Source of the DNA: a virus
DNA length: 43,426 bases
IMG/VR virus record: IMGVR_UViG_3300029623_000016
Span: 1 to 43,426 of that record
Reading direction: 5' to 3' (one strand)
Part shown: positions 1-8,321 of the stretch, in pieces
How the letters are laid out: every line of letters starts with the position of its first letter
Numbering within the stretch: the stretch's first letter is position 1
Notes under the pieces: model-generated
What the model was told of the DNA's origin: nothing
Database searches by the model: none
The model's input: the letters and a program-made list of their open reading frames with translations, nothing else
Position numbers and translations under genes: made by a program

Positions 1-87
1 TGCGTGTACATTCTTTAAGACTGCGGTTCCTCCTTAACGTCGGAGGGCGGCTCGTTCTCCACTTCAATGTCTGCGGGAATCAAGAGC
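1..87. repeat. Terminal overlap: nt 1-87 are identical to nt 43340-43426, giving circular or circularly permuted genome closure (unit length about 43,339 bp)
   Basis: Exact identity seen directly. ORF 15..284 (-) stops at 15-17 and ORF 42913..43350 (-) starts at 43350 (equivalent to nt 11), so coding is continuous across the junction. This argues for an assembly overlap or permutation rather than a non-coding DTR. Confidence 0.85.
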
Positions 88-284
88 GCCGCAACTTGCG
101 AGACTATCGCGTCCGGAAGCTGGTTAACGTAGCTTTCACCGTAAACATACGGCTTTGACAGTCCGTCGCTCCATTCCTCCCCACTCGGGAATTTTGTTAT
201 CGCCTCTCCTTTGAGAGTGATTTCTTTCAGCGCGAAGTATATTTCCACGCCTTCCTTACTTTTGATTAGAATTTTCTTAGCCAT
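15..284 (-). CDS. Hypothetical protein (89 aa). Late-arm gene whose 3' end lies in the terminal overlap
   Basis: ORF on the late strand, tightly packed: 3 nt separate the start of the upstream 145-aa gene from this gene's stop in the circular map. Confidence 0.5.
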   Translation of the reverse strand: MAKKILIKSKEGVEIYFALKEITLKGEAITKFPSGEEWSDGLSKPYVYGESYVNQLPDAIVSQVAALLIPADIEVENEPPSDVKEEPQS

Positions 285-1506
285 TTGCTTGATTTATTTG
301 AGTTTTGATTTCGTCCACGAAAGCTTTTACTGATTGGTCGTTGTCGCCAACAACACTCCCTGTGACTGTTGCGTCGTAAGAATGACCCGAAGCGTCCTTT
401 ACAAGTTTAGTAGTTGAATTGCGCTCGATTACGTAGTTGTCTAGCGCGAGCGAAACTTGCGAAGGCTTTAACGTAGGCGGAATAAGTTTTCCAACCGCAT
501 AATCGGCTGTGGTGTACGGCGCGCCTTCTGCCGTCATGTCGAAATTGAATACCGAGATTCGCGAAAGTGCGATTTCAAATTCGTTGAATGTTGAACCTCC
601 CGCGTACACTCCGCGCTCGTTTATCACAAGCGGCTTTTGGAATGAAACCGACGCGTTGTGCCTGCCGACCGACGCGACGAGGCTGCCTGCGTTTTCGCCG
701 TCTATGTATACAGGTATAGACGCGGGGCTGTTGCCGCTTGCGTCGGGCGCGGGAATTGCAATCGCGACGGTATGTCTGCCGGTCGGCAGCGGGATATTTC
801 CTCCCCACCCCCTCGACACTCCCATTCCCTCGCCGCCGCATCCGCCGAGCGTGAAGCCCAACTGCGACTCCCCGCTCTTGGTGAGCCTGAATCCGTATAT
901 CGGATAACCCGAGACGTTCCAGTCGGCGTTCGTGCAGTTGAAGAAAGAAAATTCGTTGTTGTATTCGTAGCTTATCCCCTCCCAGCTTTCGACTTCGTAT
1001 TCGATTGCGAGCGAAAACGGCAGCGGAATGACGACCGACGTCCAGCTCGCCACGCTCAGCTTGCCTTGATTGAAGTGCAGCGTGCCATACGGAAGTTTTG
1101 ATAAAGCTAGCGTAGATAGGTCGTAAGACACTTCATCAATCGTATCCGATAGACTAGTTACTTCCTGCTGCAAGATGGTTACATCGTCCTTTGAGGCGGT
1201 TCCTGAAAGGTATCCTTTTTCATCAACGCCATCAACAGTTGAGTCCTCCTGTATTTTGGACACAACCATATAGGTTTGACCACTTTCTGTAGAAAACGTA
1301 AGCCTACCTCCAGTAGGATTACCAGCGTTAGATGATATAGTATAACGTCCTGCGGGCGGTACTACGGTAGTTTTATTCTCTCCGGCGGGGTCTACAAAGT
1401 CGACAAGAAAAGGAATGTTACCTACATTAGTGTAGATAAGTTTAACATCTTTTACCATGTCTGCAAAGTTAACTTGTAGACCGCCAGTATTTACTGCAAT
1501 TTTCAT
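277..1506 (-). CDS. Putative virion surface or host-recognition protein (409 aa) with a GC-rich mosaic central segment
   Basis: Long late-strand ORF. Gly/Ser/Thr-rich, beta-rich-looking sequence. Coordinates ~500-1100 are markedly GC-rich, producing spurious ORFs on both strands. No catalytic motif recognised. Confidence 0.45.
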   Translation of the reverse strand: MKIAVNTGGLQVNFADMVKDVKLIYTNVGNIPFLVDFVDPAGENKTTVVPPAGRYTISSNAGNPTGGRLTFSTESGQTYMVVSKIQEDSTVDGVDEKGYLSGTASKDDVTILQQEVTSLSDTIDEVSYDLSTLALSKLPYGTLHFNQGKLSVASWTSVVIPLPFSLAIEYEVESWEGISYEYNNEFSFFNCTNADWNVSGYPIYGFRLTKSGESQLGFTLGGCGGEGMGVSRGWGGNIPLPTGRHTVAIAIPAPDASGNSPASIPVYIDGENAGSLVASVGRHNASVSFQKPLVINERGVYAGGSTFNEFEIALSRISVFNFDMTAEGAPYTTADYAVGKLIPPTLKPSQVSLALDNYVIERNSTTKLVKDASGHSYDATVTGSVVGDNDQSVKAFVDEIKTQINQANG

Positions 1507-1778
1507 TTTAGATTGCCTTTCAATATAATCTCATTTAAAGTTAGTCGTAAATCACTTATTATCGCGTCTTTCTCCTGTATTACTCTTTCCGATGCTAGTG
1601 TTATCGACCGTCCCGTTTTGTTCGTAAAGCTCTGACCATTTTCCAGATACAGGTAATCCGGCAAGGACGTGACTTCGTAAAGACGCGAGTCTACTACGGT
1701 CGCGTTGCAACCTGTCAACCAAAGTATGTTGACCATCAGCGCGTAACGTAGTAATCTTTTCTTGAAATTCTTGCTCAT
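1503..1778 (-). CDS. Lipoprotein, o-spanin candidate (91 aa)
   Basis: N-terminus MSKNFKKRLLRYALMVNILWLTGC has a basic n-region, hydrophobic core and L-T-G-C lipobox. Overlaps the 108-aa ORF in another frame, an embedded or overlapped spanin-like architecture. Confidence 0.45.
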   Translation of the reverse strand: MSKNFKKRLLRYALMVNILWLTGCNATVVDSRLYEVTSLPDYLYLENGQSFTNKTGRSITLASERVIQEKDAIISDLRLTLNEIILKGNLK

Positions 1779-1878
1779 TCTCGTATTCCTCGTTCAGAAC
1801 GTCCAACACTAGTTTAGACTTTCTTATCTCTAAGTATATTCTTATACACTCTATAAGAGATGCCAAAGTTTTCAACAT
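1552..1878 (-). CDS. Possible coiled-coil partner ORF (108 aa) overlapping the lipoprotein gene. i-spanin-like by position only
   Basis: Fills the 134-nt gap in a tightly packed operon. Charged and helical-looking. No convincing N-terminal TM, so it may be spurious. Confidence 0.25.
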   Translation of the reverse strand: MLKTLASLIECIRIYLEIRKSKLVLDVLNEEYENEQEFQEKITTLRADGQHTLVDRLQRDRSRLASLRSHVLAGLPVSGKWSELYEQNGTVDNTSIGKSNTGERRDNK

Positions 1879-1912
1879 AGTGTTGGACGCCAGAACATGA
1901 GGTTAAGTATGG

Positions 1913-2134
1913 CTACTTATTAGTGGTCTGAACAGTAGAAGGAGTTTCTACCGAATTGTCAATAGTTTGAGTTTTAGCGTCTTTTATATAACCACCTATA
2001 TCTGCGGCGGTATCTTCAAAAGATACTTCTCTTCCAAGCAGGAATGAAGCTATCACAGTCAATATAACTGCAACTATACCGATTCCTGCGCCTATTTTCT
2101 TTTTACTTGATTCTTCCATATTTAAGTCTCCCAA
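1913..2134 (-). CDS. Small membrane protein (73 aa), holin- or i-spanin-like
   Basis: KKK followed by a single hydrophobic helix IGAGIGIVAVILTVIASFLL, then a polar C-terminal tail. Immediately downstream of TerL and overlapping it by 13 nt. Confidence 0.45.
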   Translation of the reverse strand: MGDLNMEESSKKKIGAGIGIVAVILTVIASFLLGREVSFEDTAADIGGYIKDAKTQTIDNSVETPSTVQTTNK

Positions 2135-3645
2135 TTTAAACCATCGAAATTAGAAGTTTTAAAAAATTCACTATCAGTTGATTTAAAAGTATTTGTAAAA
2201 GTAGAATGTTTAGGAATATTCTGTTTAGCAAGTACAGGCGGGGGATAATAGTCTAAACCATCATGAAGAATAATTCTTCCAAGATTTTCCATCATATGGT
2301 CATCTTTATCTTTCGGTTTATTATCTCTATCAAAATACCATGAAGCAAGTTCCTTACGAGTTTCTGTACAACGTTCATGAACCCAAAGATGAGGTTTATT
2401 GTTATAGAAGTGTTCGTTAGTAGATTTTATCGCTTCTGTACGTGCTTTACTTCCCTTAGTAAGTTCTATTCCATACTTTTCAAAATCATCTGCGAAAGAA
2501 CGTTTAGTAGTTTGGTCTACTATAAAAGCCGCAGGTTCTATAAGTATATATCCTATCTGGTCGTACCAAGATTTACCTTTTAACCAATTAGCAATTTCTT
2601 CAATAGAGCCTTTCGCAAACCTTTCATCGAATATGATGGCGTCGGTGGGCGTAATCGCGACCGCAAGGGTCGCGTGCGGTGTTTGCGGGTGGGTGTCGAT
2701 TGCCACGGCAATGAGGGCGTCTTCGGGCGGTTCGTCGATTGATTTCCAACCCGCGGGTGTTCCTCGGCTGAGATGCTTGCTTTCGGAGTACCCGTGTATG
2801 ACGAGCCTCCCCGCGGCCATCGGGCGACCGTCGCGTCTGCATGCTAGCTCTTCCTCACTTAGAGTCTCATAGAAAGCGTCCATTCCTTTTATGTGGGCGT
2901 TCTCTCCCGCCTTACCAGTGTAAATCCAGTAATAGTCTGGGTGGGCGGTGCTCTGCATTACTGCCTCGTCCCACATCCACATCTCCTCTATTGGAGTTAA
3001 TAGACGCCACATAGAGCCATCGCGGTCAATAAGTCCACGAGCAACTGCCACCTGCATATCGCGGGGAAGCGGTTCATCTACATGAATGAAATCCCAATCA
3101 GATGATTCAAGACCCATCTCATTTCGCAAGAACGATTGGACAGTAGCGAAATAAAGAAGACTATCCCGCTGAACACCATCTATAACACTACGGAAAGCCA
3201 TTCGGGTTGTTCTACCCTGATTGTCTCTCCAAGTATTAGTTATATAGCGGGCGGGGCAATATTCCCTAATTTTCCCCTTTGGTGATGAACCAAAACCCTC
3301 ACCTGTAAATAGTTCGTCTACCTTATCCCATGTTTGAGCTATCACAAGTCCCTTAACGCCCCGCCTTGGTATCCCAAGACGCCTCAACGGATTGTCGGCG
3401 GGGTAAAATCTACGCTCTCCAAGAACCCAACTAATATCCTCTATAACGCCACACGTAGACTTTCCCCACCTATTTCCGCCGAATATATCTCGCCTTTTCT
3501 TGTCCGCATTTTCAAAGAACGCTTTTTGCCCGCCGTTATTCGGTACAAAAAAATCTATTTTAAATTCAGTGCGGAGTTCATTTCGTCTCTTATATAACTT
3601 TCTTAGCCGAACTAACTCCTCTTCTGATATGTTAAGCTTAGACAT
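2122..3645 (-). CDS. terL: Terminase large subunit (507 aa)
   Basis: Walker A GGNRWGKST near the N-terminus, Walker B-like FIHVDE, and C-terminal RNaseH-like nuclease region (AIDTHP...D). Size is typical. Confidence 0.85.
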   Translation of the reverse strand: MSKLNISEEELVRLRKLYKRRNELRTEFKIDFFVPNNGGQKAFFENADKKRRDIFGGNRWGKSTCGVIEDISWVLGERRFYPADNPLRRLGIPRRGVKGLVIAQTWDKVDELFTGEGFGSSPKGKIREYCPARYITNTWRDNQGRTTRMAFRSVIDGVQRDSLLYFATVQSFLRNEMGLESSDWDFIHVDEPLPRDMQVAVARGLIDRDGSMWRLLTPIEEMWMWDEAVMQSTAHPDYYWIYTGKAGENAHIKGMDAFYETLSEEELACRRDGRPMAAGRLVIHGYSESKHLSRGTPAGWKSIDEPPEDALIAVAIDTHPQTPHATLAVAITPTDAIIFDERFAKGSIEEIANWLKGKSWYDQIGYILIEPAAFIVDQTTKRSFADDFEKYGIELTKGSKARTEAIKSTNEHFYNNKPHLWVHERCTETRKELASWYFDRDNKPKDKDDHMMENLGRIILHDGLDYYPPPVLAKQNIPKHSTFTNTFKSTDSEFFKTSNFDGLNWET

Positions 3646-4141
3646 TTATGATGTCCTCTTCAAGAAGCCGTTGTGCATCAGAATCCGACAACCCTATACC
3701 GCGGAGAGTATCAAGTATAGCTTTCTCAATCTTCTTAGACTCAGCTTCCGCATTAACATTATAATTGACCTGCTCAATAGTCTGCCTAGCCTTACCCATT
3801 ACTCTATCTAGTATCTCGGTGGCAACATCATTCCTTAGCTTAGCAGGTTGGGTTTCATCATGAAGTAGTCTATATTTAAGCCGCAGGCTGGCAGTCGCCA
3901 TCTTCTCGATAGTCTCTTTTTCATCATCGAAAGTATCAACCTCAAATCTATGATAGAGGTCTTTATGATACTTCGTTATTAAAAGGTTTTGCGCCTCAGG
4001 AATAATACCAAATTCCGACTGAATATCTGAGGCGGGGAGTCCCAGAGCACGAAGCATAGTTATGGCGCGGGAGAGCGGATATTGTGCTAAGTCCTGAACT
4101 TCCGTATCTAATAGTAAATCTGCTTCTATTTGTTCACTCAT
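3638..4141 (-). CDS. Putative terminase small subunit (167 aa)
   Basis: Immediately upstream of TerL and overlapping it by 8 nt. Small helical protein. First gene of the late arm after the AT-rich region. The call is positional only. Confidence 0.4.
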   Translation of the reverse strand: MSEQIEADLLLDTEVQDLAQYPLSRAITMLRALGLPASDIQSEFGIIPEAQNLLITKYHKDLYHRFEVDTFDDEKETIEKMATASLRLKYRLLHDETQPAKLRNDVATEILDRVMGKARQTIEQVNYNVNAEAESKKIEKAILDTLRGIGLSDSDAQRLLEEDIINV

Positions 4142-4155
4142 TTCCTTTGGAAATG

Positions 4156-4178
4156 ACGTTATAAATGATTTATAATGT
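4156..4178. promoter_or_regulatory. Copy 1 of the 23-bp perfect AT palindrome ACATTATAAAT(C/G)ATTTATAATGT, 14 nt upstream of the TerS-like start
   Basis: Read directly. Palindromic with 11-bp arms. Contains TATAAT/TATAAA on both strands. Confidence 0.6.
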
Positions 4179-4904
4179 CTTTGTCTTACGACAATAAAAA
4201 AGTTTTTTAAAAAGCTATTGCCGAGGGCGGCAGCCCTTCTTTTTACGTCCTGTATAATAATATAGGGCGTAGCCTTATGTCAAGTAATATTATTCTTGCT
4301 TAATAATAATACTTAATTTTAGTGGTAGGTCGAGAGAGGATATTCTATATAGAGACCCCCTCCCCCTCTGGATAGAGTACTTATAACAGCTTCGCCGTCT
4401 CTAAATTTATTTTTTATTATTTTTAGACTTTTTATCTCTATAAAATAATACACTTATCTGTCAAATACACTTATGCGTCAATAATATATATGGTGGCGGA
4501 TTAAATACACTTGCAACGGCGGGAAAGGCTAACGCCTTATTATCAATAATATATAAATAATACTTTAAAATATTATTTTAACTTATAAATAATACTGATA
4601 TCATAATATTTATGAACATAAGTAATAATCCCATTTATACACAATTTATATCATTTTTTATATTTATCTTGTCAATTTATAATATCATTATTATTTATGA
4701 GACAAAATAATATTCTAAATTACAAAATAATATTGATAATAATATATATCAGATAATCTCAAATTCTATTATTTTTATTAGCTTTCTCTCTATTTATAAT
4801 AATATTATTATTTTAATATCATAATATGATTATACGAATGTTTCAATATTATTTTATATTTTTTGCTTGACAAGGCGGGAAAAATCTATCTAAAAACGCT
4901 ATGA

Positions 4905-4972
4905 TAAATTATATCATTATTTATCATTATTTATTATTATTTATTATATTATATCATTATTTATATCATTTT
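4905..4972. repeat. Tandem AT-rich repeat array (units approximately ATCATTATTTAT)
   Basis: Seen directly: atcattatttatcattatttattattatttattatattatatcattatttatatcatt. Confidence 0.6.
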
Positions 4973-5425
4973 AATATAAAATATCCATCTTTTTGATGAT
5001 TTTGATGTTTTGCGGGTTTCATTTTCCGGTTTGCATATCCCTCTTGTTAAGTGCTTAAAATCCCAAATTTTTAAAAAAAATAATAAATAAAATATATTGG
5101 ATTTATTTGGATTTATATTGATTTCCAAAAAATCAAGCAAAAAATCGCGCTAAAACGGCAAAAAGCGACAAAAATCCTTCCAAGCCATCAAAATTTTGTA
5201 TTTTCCTAAAAAGCTCAATATCAGTTGCTTGCGCAATCAAAACATTCAAAGTTTCAATCCGCTTTCTTTTGAAGCTTTTGATTGCTCCGCAATTTGATAA
5301 ATATTATCCGATTATAATCCCCGCCCTCATCTCTTATCATCTCCTATCATAAGGGTTTTTTATCCCCTTAATAATCATCTACTTAAAAAAGTAAAAATTT
5401 TTTTTGAAAAATTGAAAAAAGGGGC

Positions 5426-5454
5426 TTGACAGCTCCGCCGATTTCATTCAATAT
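5426..5454 (+). promoter_or_regulatory. Sigma70-like early promoter: TTGACA-N17-CAATAT
   Basis: Exact -35 hexamer, 17-nt spacer and a 4/6 match to the -10 box, ~70 nt upstream of the first plus-strand gene (5529). Confidence 0.45.
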
Positions 5455-5528
5455 AGGCGCATAAAAATTTGAGGGCTTTCCGCCCCGAAGGTTCTTTGAA
5501 ATAAACCCTAAAAAAGAAAGGCAATAAA

Positions 5529-5921
5529 ATGAAAAGTAAAGTTGTAAACACAAACGCGAAAATCGCCGACGGCTCAACCGTTGCGATAAATTCAAACGTG
5601 CAAGTACCGGAAACGCTCGACGAATTGAAAGCACTTGCCGCCGACGCGCTTGGTACAAATGACTCCGCCGCGATTGAAAGCCACTTGGTAGATTTATTTG
5701 TAGCTTGGAACGTGGCACACACTTATCAGTCGCAAGTAAGGTCAAAGTTAAAAACGGCAAGCTCATCTTTAACATATGACCAGCTTTCCGACCTTGTAAG
5801 CGATATTCCGTTCAGGATTCCAAGACCGGCAAGCGCACCCCGCGGTGACAAGGTTGTACTGAAAAAATCGCAACTTACACCGCAACAAATAGAAAAGCTC
5901 AGAGAGCTTGGAATACTCTAA
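5529..5921 (+). CDS. Early hypothetical protein (130 aa) with a C-terminal ...QIEKLRELGIL module
   Basis: First ORF after the promoter. Its C-terminal ~20 aa are shared with the 6327..6788 product. Confidence 0.6.
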   Translation: MKSKVVNTNAKIADGSTVAINSNVQVPETLDELKALAADALGTNDSAAIESHLVDLFVAWNVAHTYQSQVRSKLKTASSSLTYDQLSDLVSDIPFRIPRPASAPRGDKVVLKKSQLTPQQIEKLRELGIL

Positions 5922-6017
5922 AATAATAGTGGTGAGTACTTAATAGGTACTCACCACTTTTTGTTCTCTTATGGTATAAAAATATCATTTTATTAACATT
6001 AAATATTATAATATATT

Positions 6018-6305
6018 ATGAACTATAAAAAACAATTATTTTTCAACTATCGTAAACAATGTAAGTTGGCATATGAAGCGAACTTACCAGCTGAACCGCT
6101 CCAACTTGGCGGGCAAGTCACAATAAGTTTTGTCTGGACGGAAAGTTCACAAACGAAAGAAACCTTTGAATGTATGGTAATAGTATACCATCATAAGCCA
6201 ATGGTACAACGCATAAGTAACAGTGACGTCTTCCCCACCGACGCACTTTACCGCCTTGCTTGTGAGGCGGAAAAATATATTCACTTCGTGGGGACTAACG
6301 TCTAA
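6018..6305 (+). CDS. Hypothetical protein (95 aa)
   Basis: ORF on the early arm. Confidence 0.45.
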   Translation: MNYKKQLFFNYRKQCKLAYEANLPAEPLQLGGQVTISFVWTESSQTKETFECMVIVYHHKPMVQRISNSDVFPTDALYRLACEAEKYIHFVGTNV

Positions 6306-6326
6306 TAGTAGATAGGATAAGTATTT

Positions 6327-6788
6327 GTGTTAGATTATAATATTATCGAAACAGGTCAAACTTTACAGATAGACGATACTATTAGGAAACTTCTATACAT
6401 AAAATATGGTGTATGGTGTGGAACTATGGTAGTTTTCGACAAGGGGACAATAGTCCCCTTAATAAAAGAAACTACAAGGATAGTTCAGTACTTCACGGAG
6501 GACAAAGTACTTAAAAATGAAAAGGTTGAAACTTATCGGGAGACTATCCCACCCAAACCACTGCTTTTAAGAGGGGAGTCATCAAGATTACCCCGCGCCA
6601 CTTTAACGTGGGAAGAAATAAGACTTGCATATACAAGTCAAAGTTCTAACGAAACATACAAAGTACAAAAAGCGAAAGTTCCTAAACCTTTCGGAAAGCC
6701 GAAAGGTGAAGTAGATAAAATAGAACTTAAAGTGACTACACTAAGTGATAAACAAATAGCAACTCTGAAAGAGTTGGGAATACTATAA
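6327..6788 (+). CDS. Early hypothetical protein (153 aa, GTG start) with a C-terminal ...QIATLKELGIL module
   Basis: ORF. C-terminal motif shared with the 5529..5921 product at protein and DNA level. Confidence 0.55.
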   Translation: MLDYNIIETGQTLQIDDTIRKLLYIKYGVWCGTMVVFDKGTIVPLIKETTRIVQYFTEDKVLKNEKVETYRETIPPKPLLLRGESSRLPRATLTWEEIRLAYTSQSSNETYKVQKAKVPKPFGKPKGEVDKIELKVTTLSDKQIATLKELGIL

Positions 6789-6821
6789 CTCGAAGATTTG
6801 TAAACATTCCAAAAGAATGAG

Positions 6822-6844
6822 ACATTATAAATCATTTATAATGT
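6822..6844. promoter_or_regulatory. Copy 2 of the 23-bp AT palindrome (intergenic, after the 6788 stop)
   Basis: acattataaatcatttataatgt read directly. Confidence 0.6.
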
Positions 6845-6971
6845 ATAACTATGGATAAATAAACGTCTAAAAAGAAGAGTAAGAAAGGATATAATATGAC
6901 TCTAATTGATTTGGTAGACAGATTCTTTGAATCTAAACCGACGACTATGTCGTCTCACGTAGTTATTAAAG

Positions 6972-7340
6972 TTGATAATAAAATACTATATCAACTTTAT
7001 AGAAGTACTCTTGTGGTATGGTATCGTGATAAGAACATTTTTGGAAGTTAGACCTCATACTAACTATTATGAGTTCAGTCCTACTACTCAAAGAGCGTTT
7101 CGTAGGTTTGGAATAGTATTTTCTAACTGTAAAGGTAAATTAACGCTTGAACAAATTAACTACAAGGGTGGGCGTTTTAGACAATTCGACATTCCTGTTG
7201 AACAAGGGTATGTAATACTTATAAAATATTATACTCACGATATAGCTGTATGGGTTGCACCTGAAAGGAGTGTTGACTCGTTTATCCGAGAGTTTCGCGC
7301 GGAAGAAATGAGTAACTTGCTGAGAAGTGACAGTGTATAA
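6972..7340 (+). CDS. Hypothetical protein (122 aa; TTG start uncertain)
   Basis: ORF. A 51-codon ORF at 6896-7051 precedes it. Start codon not resolved. Confidence 0.35.
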   Translation: MIIKYYINFIEVLLWYGIVIRTFLEVRPHTNYYEFSPTTQRAFRRFGIVFSNCKGKLTLEQINYKGGRFRQFDIPVEQGYVILIKYYTHDIAVWVAPERSVDSFIREFRAEEMSNLLRSDSV

Positions 7341-7350
7341 GGATAGAGAT

Positions 7351-7405
7351 TGCCCCGCCTTGCGGCGGCTGGAAGTCGGCGGGGTGAAGCTGAGTGAATT
7401 TTTAA
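7351..7405 (+). terminator. GC hairpin (CCCCGCC...GGCGGGG) followed by a T-run: rho-independent terminator candidate
   Basis: Inverted repeat 7353-7359 / 7378-7384, then aattttt. Confidence 0.45.
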
Positions 7406-7423
7406 CTACAAGGAAAGGTAAGT

Positions 7424-7903
7424 ATGAAAGAATTGAAACTAAAAATAGAAAAGTTCAATAAGGCGATAGCCTTTCAGACACTTAAAGTCACGGATTGTGT
7501 AGATTCGGAACACGTAAAGTTCTCCGCCAGTCCTATCATATTGGAAGATAAGATTGTGCTCAATAAGTACAAAGACAACTCCACCTTGGGAAGAGCCTAC
7601 TTTAACTCCAACGAACAAAGGGACTTTGTCTTTGACAAGCTTATCAAATGGGTGACGGACGAGCAGTTTTCCCGCCCTCCAACTAAGTTGGAGATAGGTG
7701 AGGAAGCATTGTTTAGCGATACGATTGGGGAAGGCGGTGTTAGGGGAACACTTGTATACATACTACCAGAAGAATTTGAAAGTAGGTATCTATCTGCTTC
7801 CGACTCCTATCCGTATTGGTGCTATTGGAAGTACGCTCGCCCCGCCAACAATACCCTAAAAGTAAATGGTAATATCTACCATTGGAGGGGTGACAATGAA
7901 TAA
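7424..7903 (+). CDS. Hypothetical protein (159 aa)
   Basis: ORF with a purine-rich RBS (aaggaaagg) upstream. Confidence 0.55.
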   Translation: MKELKLKIEKFNKAIAFQTLKVTDCVDSEHVKFSASPIILEDKIVLNKYKDNSTLGRAYFNSNEQRDFVFDKLIKWVTDEQFSRPPTKLEIGEEALFSDTIGEGGVRGTLVYILPEEFESRYLSASDSYPYWCYWKYARPANNTLKVNGNIYHWRGDNE

Positions 7904-8321
7904 CGCGGTTCATTACCTCTTAACAAATAAAGACTATCGATTCGGTAAACATAAAGTGGAGGCGGGAGAGTATCGTTCAACCTACACTTACGATGGTTTT
8001 GTAATGATAGAATTCTATCATACATTAAAAATACTAGTATTTCATAAACCTATAATCAAGAAAGAAGTCATAACTATTTTTGAGAAATGTGGACTTAAAA
8101 TAAAGTATGATAAGAACCACAAAGTATATGAGATACGTACAGTATTTGGATACGTCTTAGGCGGGAGTCATATTAAATATACTATGAGTGATTGGAGTAT
8201 CGACTTTGTTGCTGTTAAGATCCTGCTTACTAATACACTGTTCTTTCGAGGAAAAGATTTAGTTTATACTTTACTAAATGATAAACTCGGGACTGAAACA
8301 GACCGACAGCCCCGCCCGTAA
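7896..8321 (+). CDS. Hypothetical protein (start taken at MNNAVHYLL; ATGA overlap with the upstream stop)
   Basis: ORF. The terminator hairpin overlaps its last codons. Confidence 0.5.
   Translation: MNNAVHYLLTNKDYRFGKHKVEAGEYRSTYTYDGFVMIEFYHTLKILVFHKPIIKKEVITIFEKCGLKIKYDKNHKVYEIRTVFGYVLGGSHIKYTMSDWSIDFVAVKILLTNTLFFRGKDLVYTLLNDKLGTETDRQPRP

Larger units (their letters stand above)
4180..5528. other. AT-rich non-coding region (~1.35 kb) between the divergent late and early arms. Candidate origin of replication and divergent promoter region
   Basis: No ORF above 60 aa except antisense artefacts. Contains iteron-like repeats: AATACACTT x3 at 4446-4511, ACAAAATAATATT x2 at 4702-4734, a tandem ATCATTATTTAT array at 4905-4972 and GGATTTAT x3 at 5099-5126. 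Also a hairpin followed by a T-run on both strands at ~4207-4245. Confidence 0.5.

Noticed and set aside
1-87. Interpretation of the 87-nt end repeat as a genuine direct terminal repeat (T7-like DTR)
   Set aside because: The repeat contains a stop codon and a start codon of adjacent, contiguous late genes rather than non-coding terminal sequence. This is most simply an assembly overlap of a circular or permuted map.
509-1101. ORFs 509..907(+), 575..841(-) and 658..1101(+) inside the 409-aa gene
   Set aside because: They arise only because the segment is GC-rich and so has few stop codons. Their translations are Arg/Pro/Ala-rich low-complexity junction-free sequence with no starts or RBSs, and all are antisense to or out of frame with a long coherent late gene.
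2377-2872. ORFs 2377..2583(+), 2624..2842(-) and 2633..2872(+) within terL
   Set aside because: Antisense or out-of-frame artefacts inside a well-supported terminase gene. The second and third lie in the GC-rich patch.
4905-4972. AT-rich tandem repeats as a CRISPR array
   Set aside because: Units are ~10-12 bp with no unique spacers of 25-40 bp and no cas genes. They are consistent with iterons or a DNA-unwinding element.
5383-5775. ORFs 5383..5775(-) and 5444..5722(-)
   Set aside because: They overlap the promoter region and run antisense to the first early gene. Their low-complexity translations have no expression signals.
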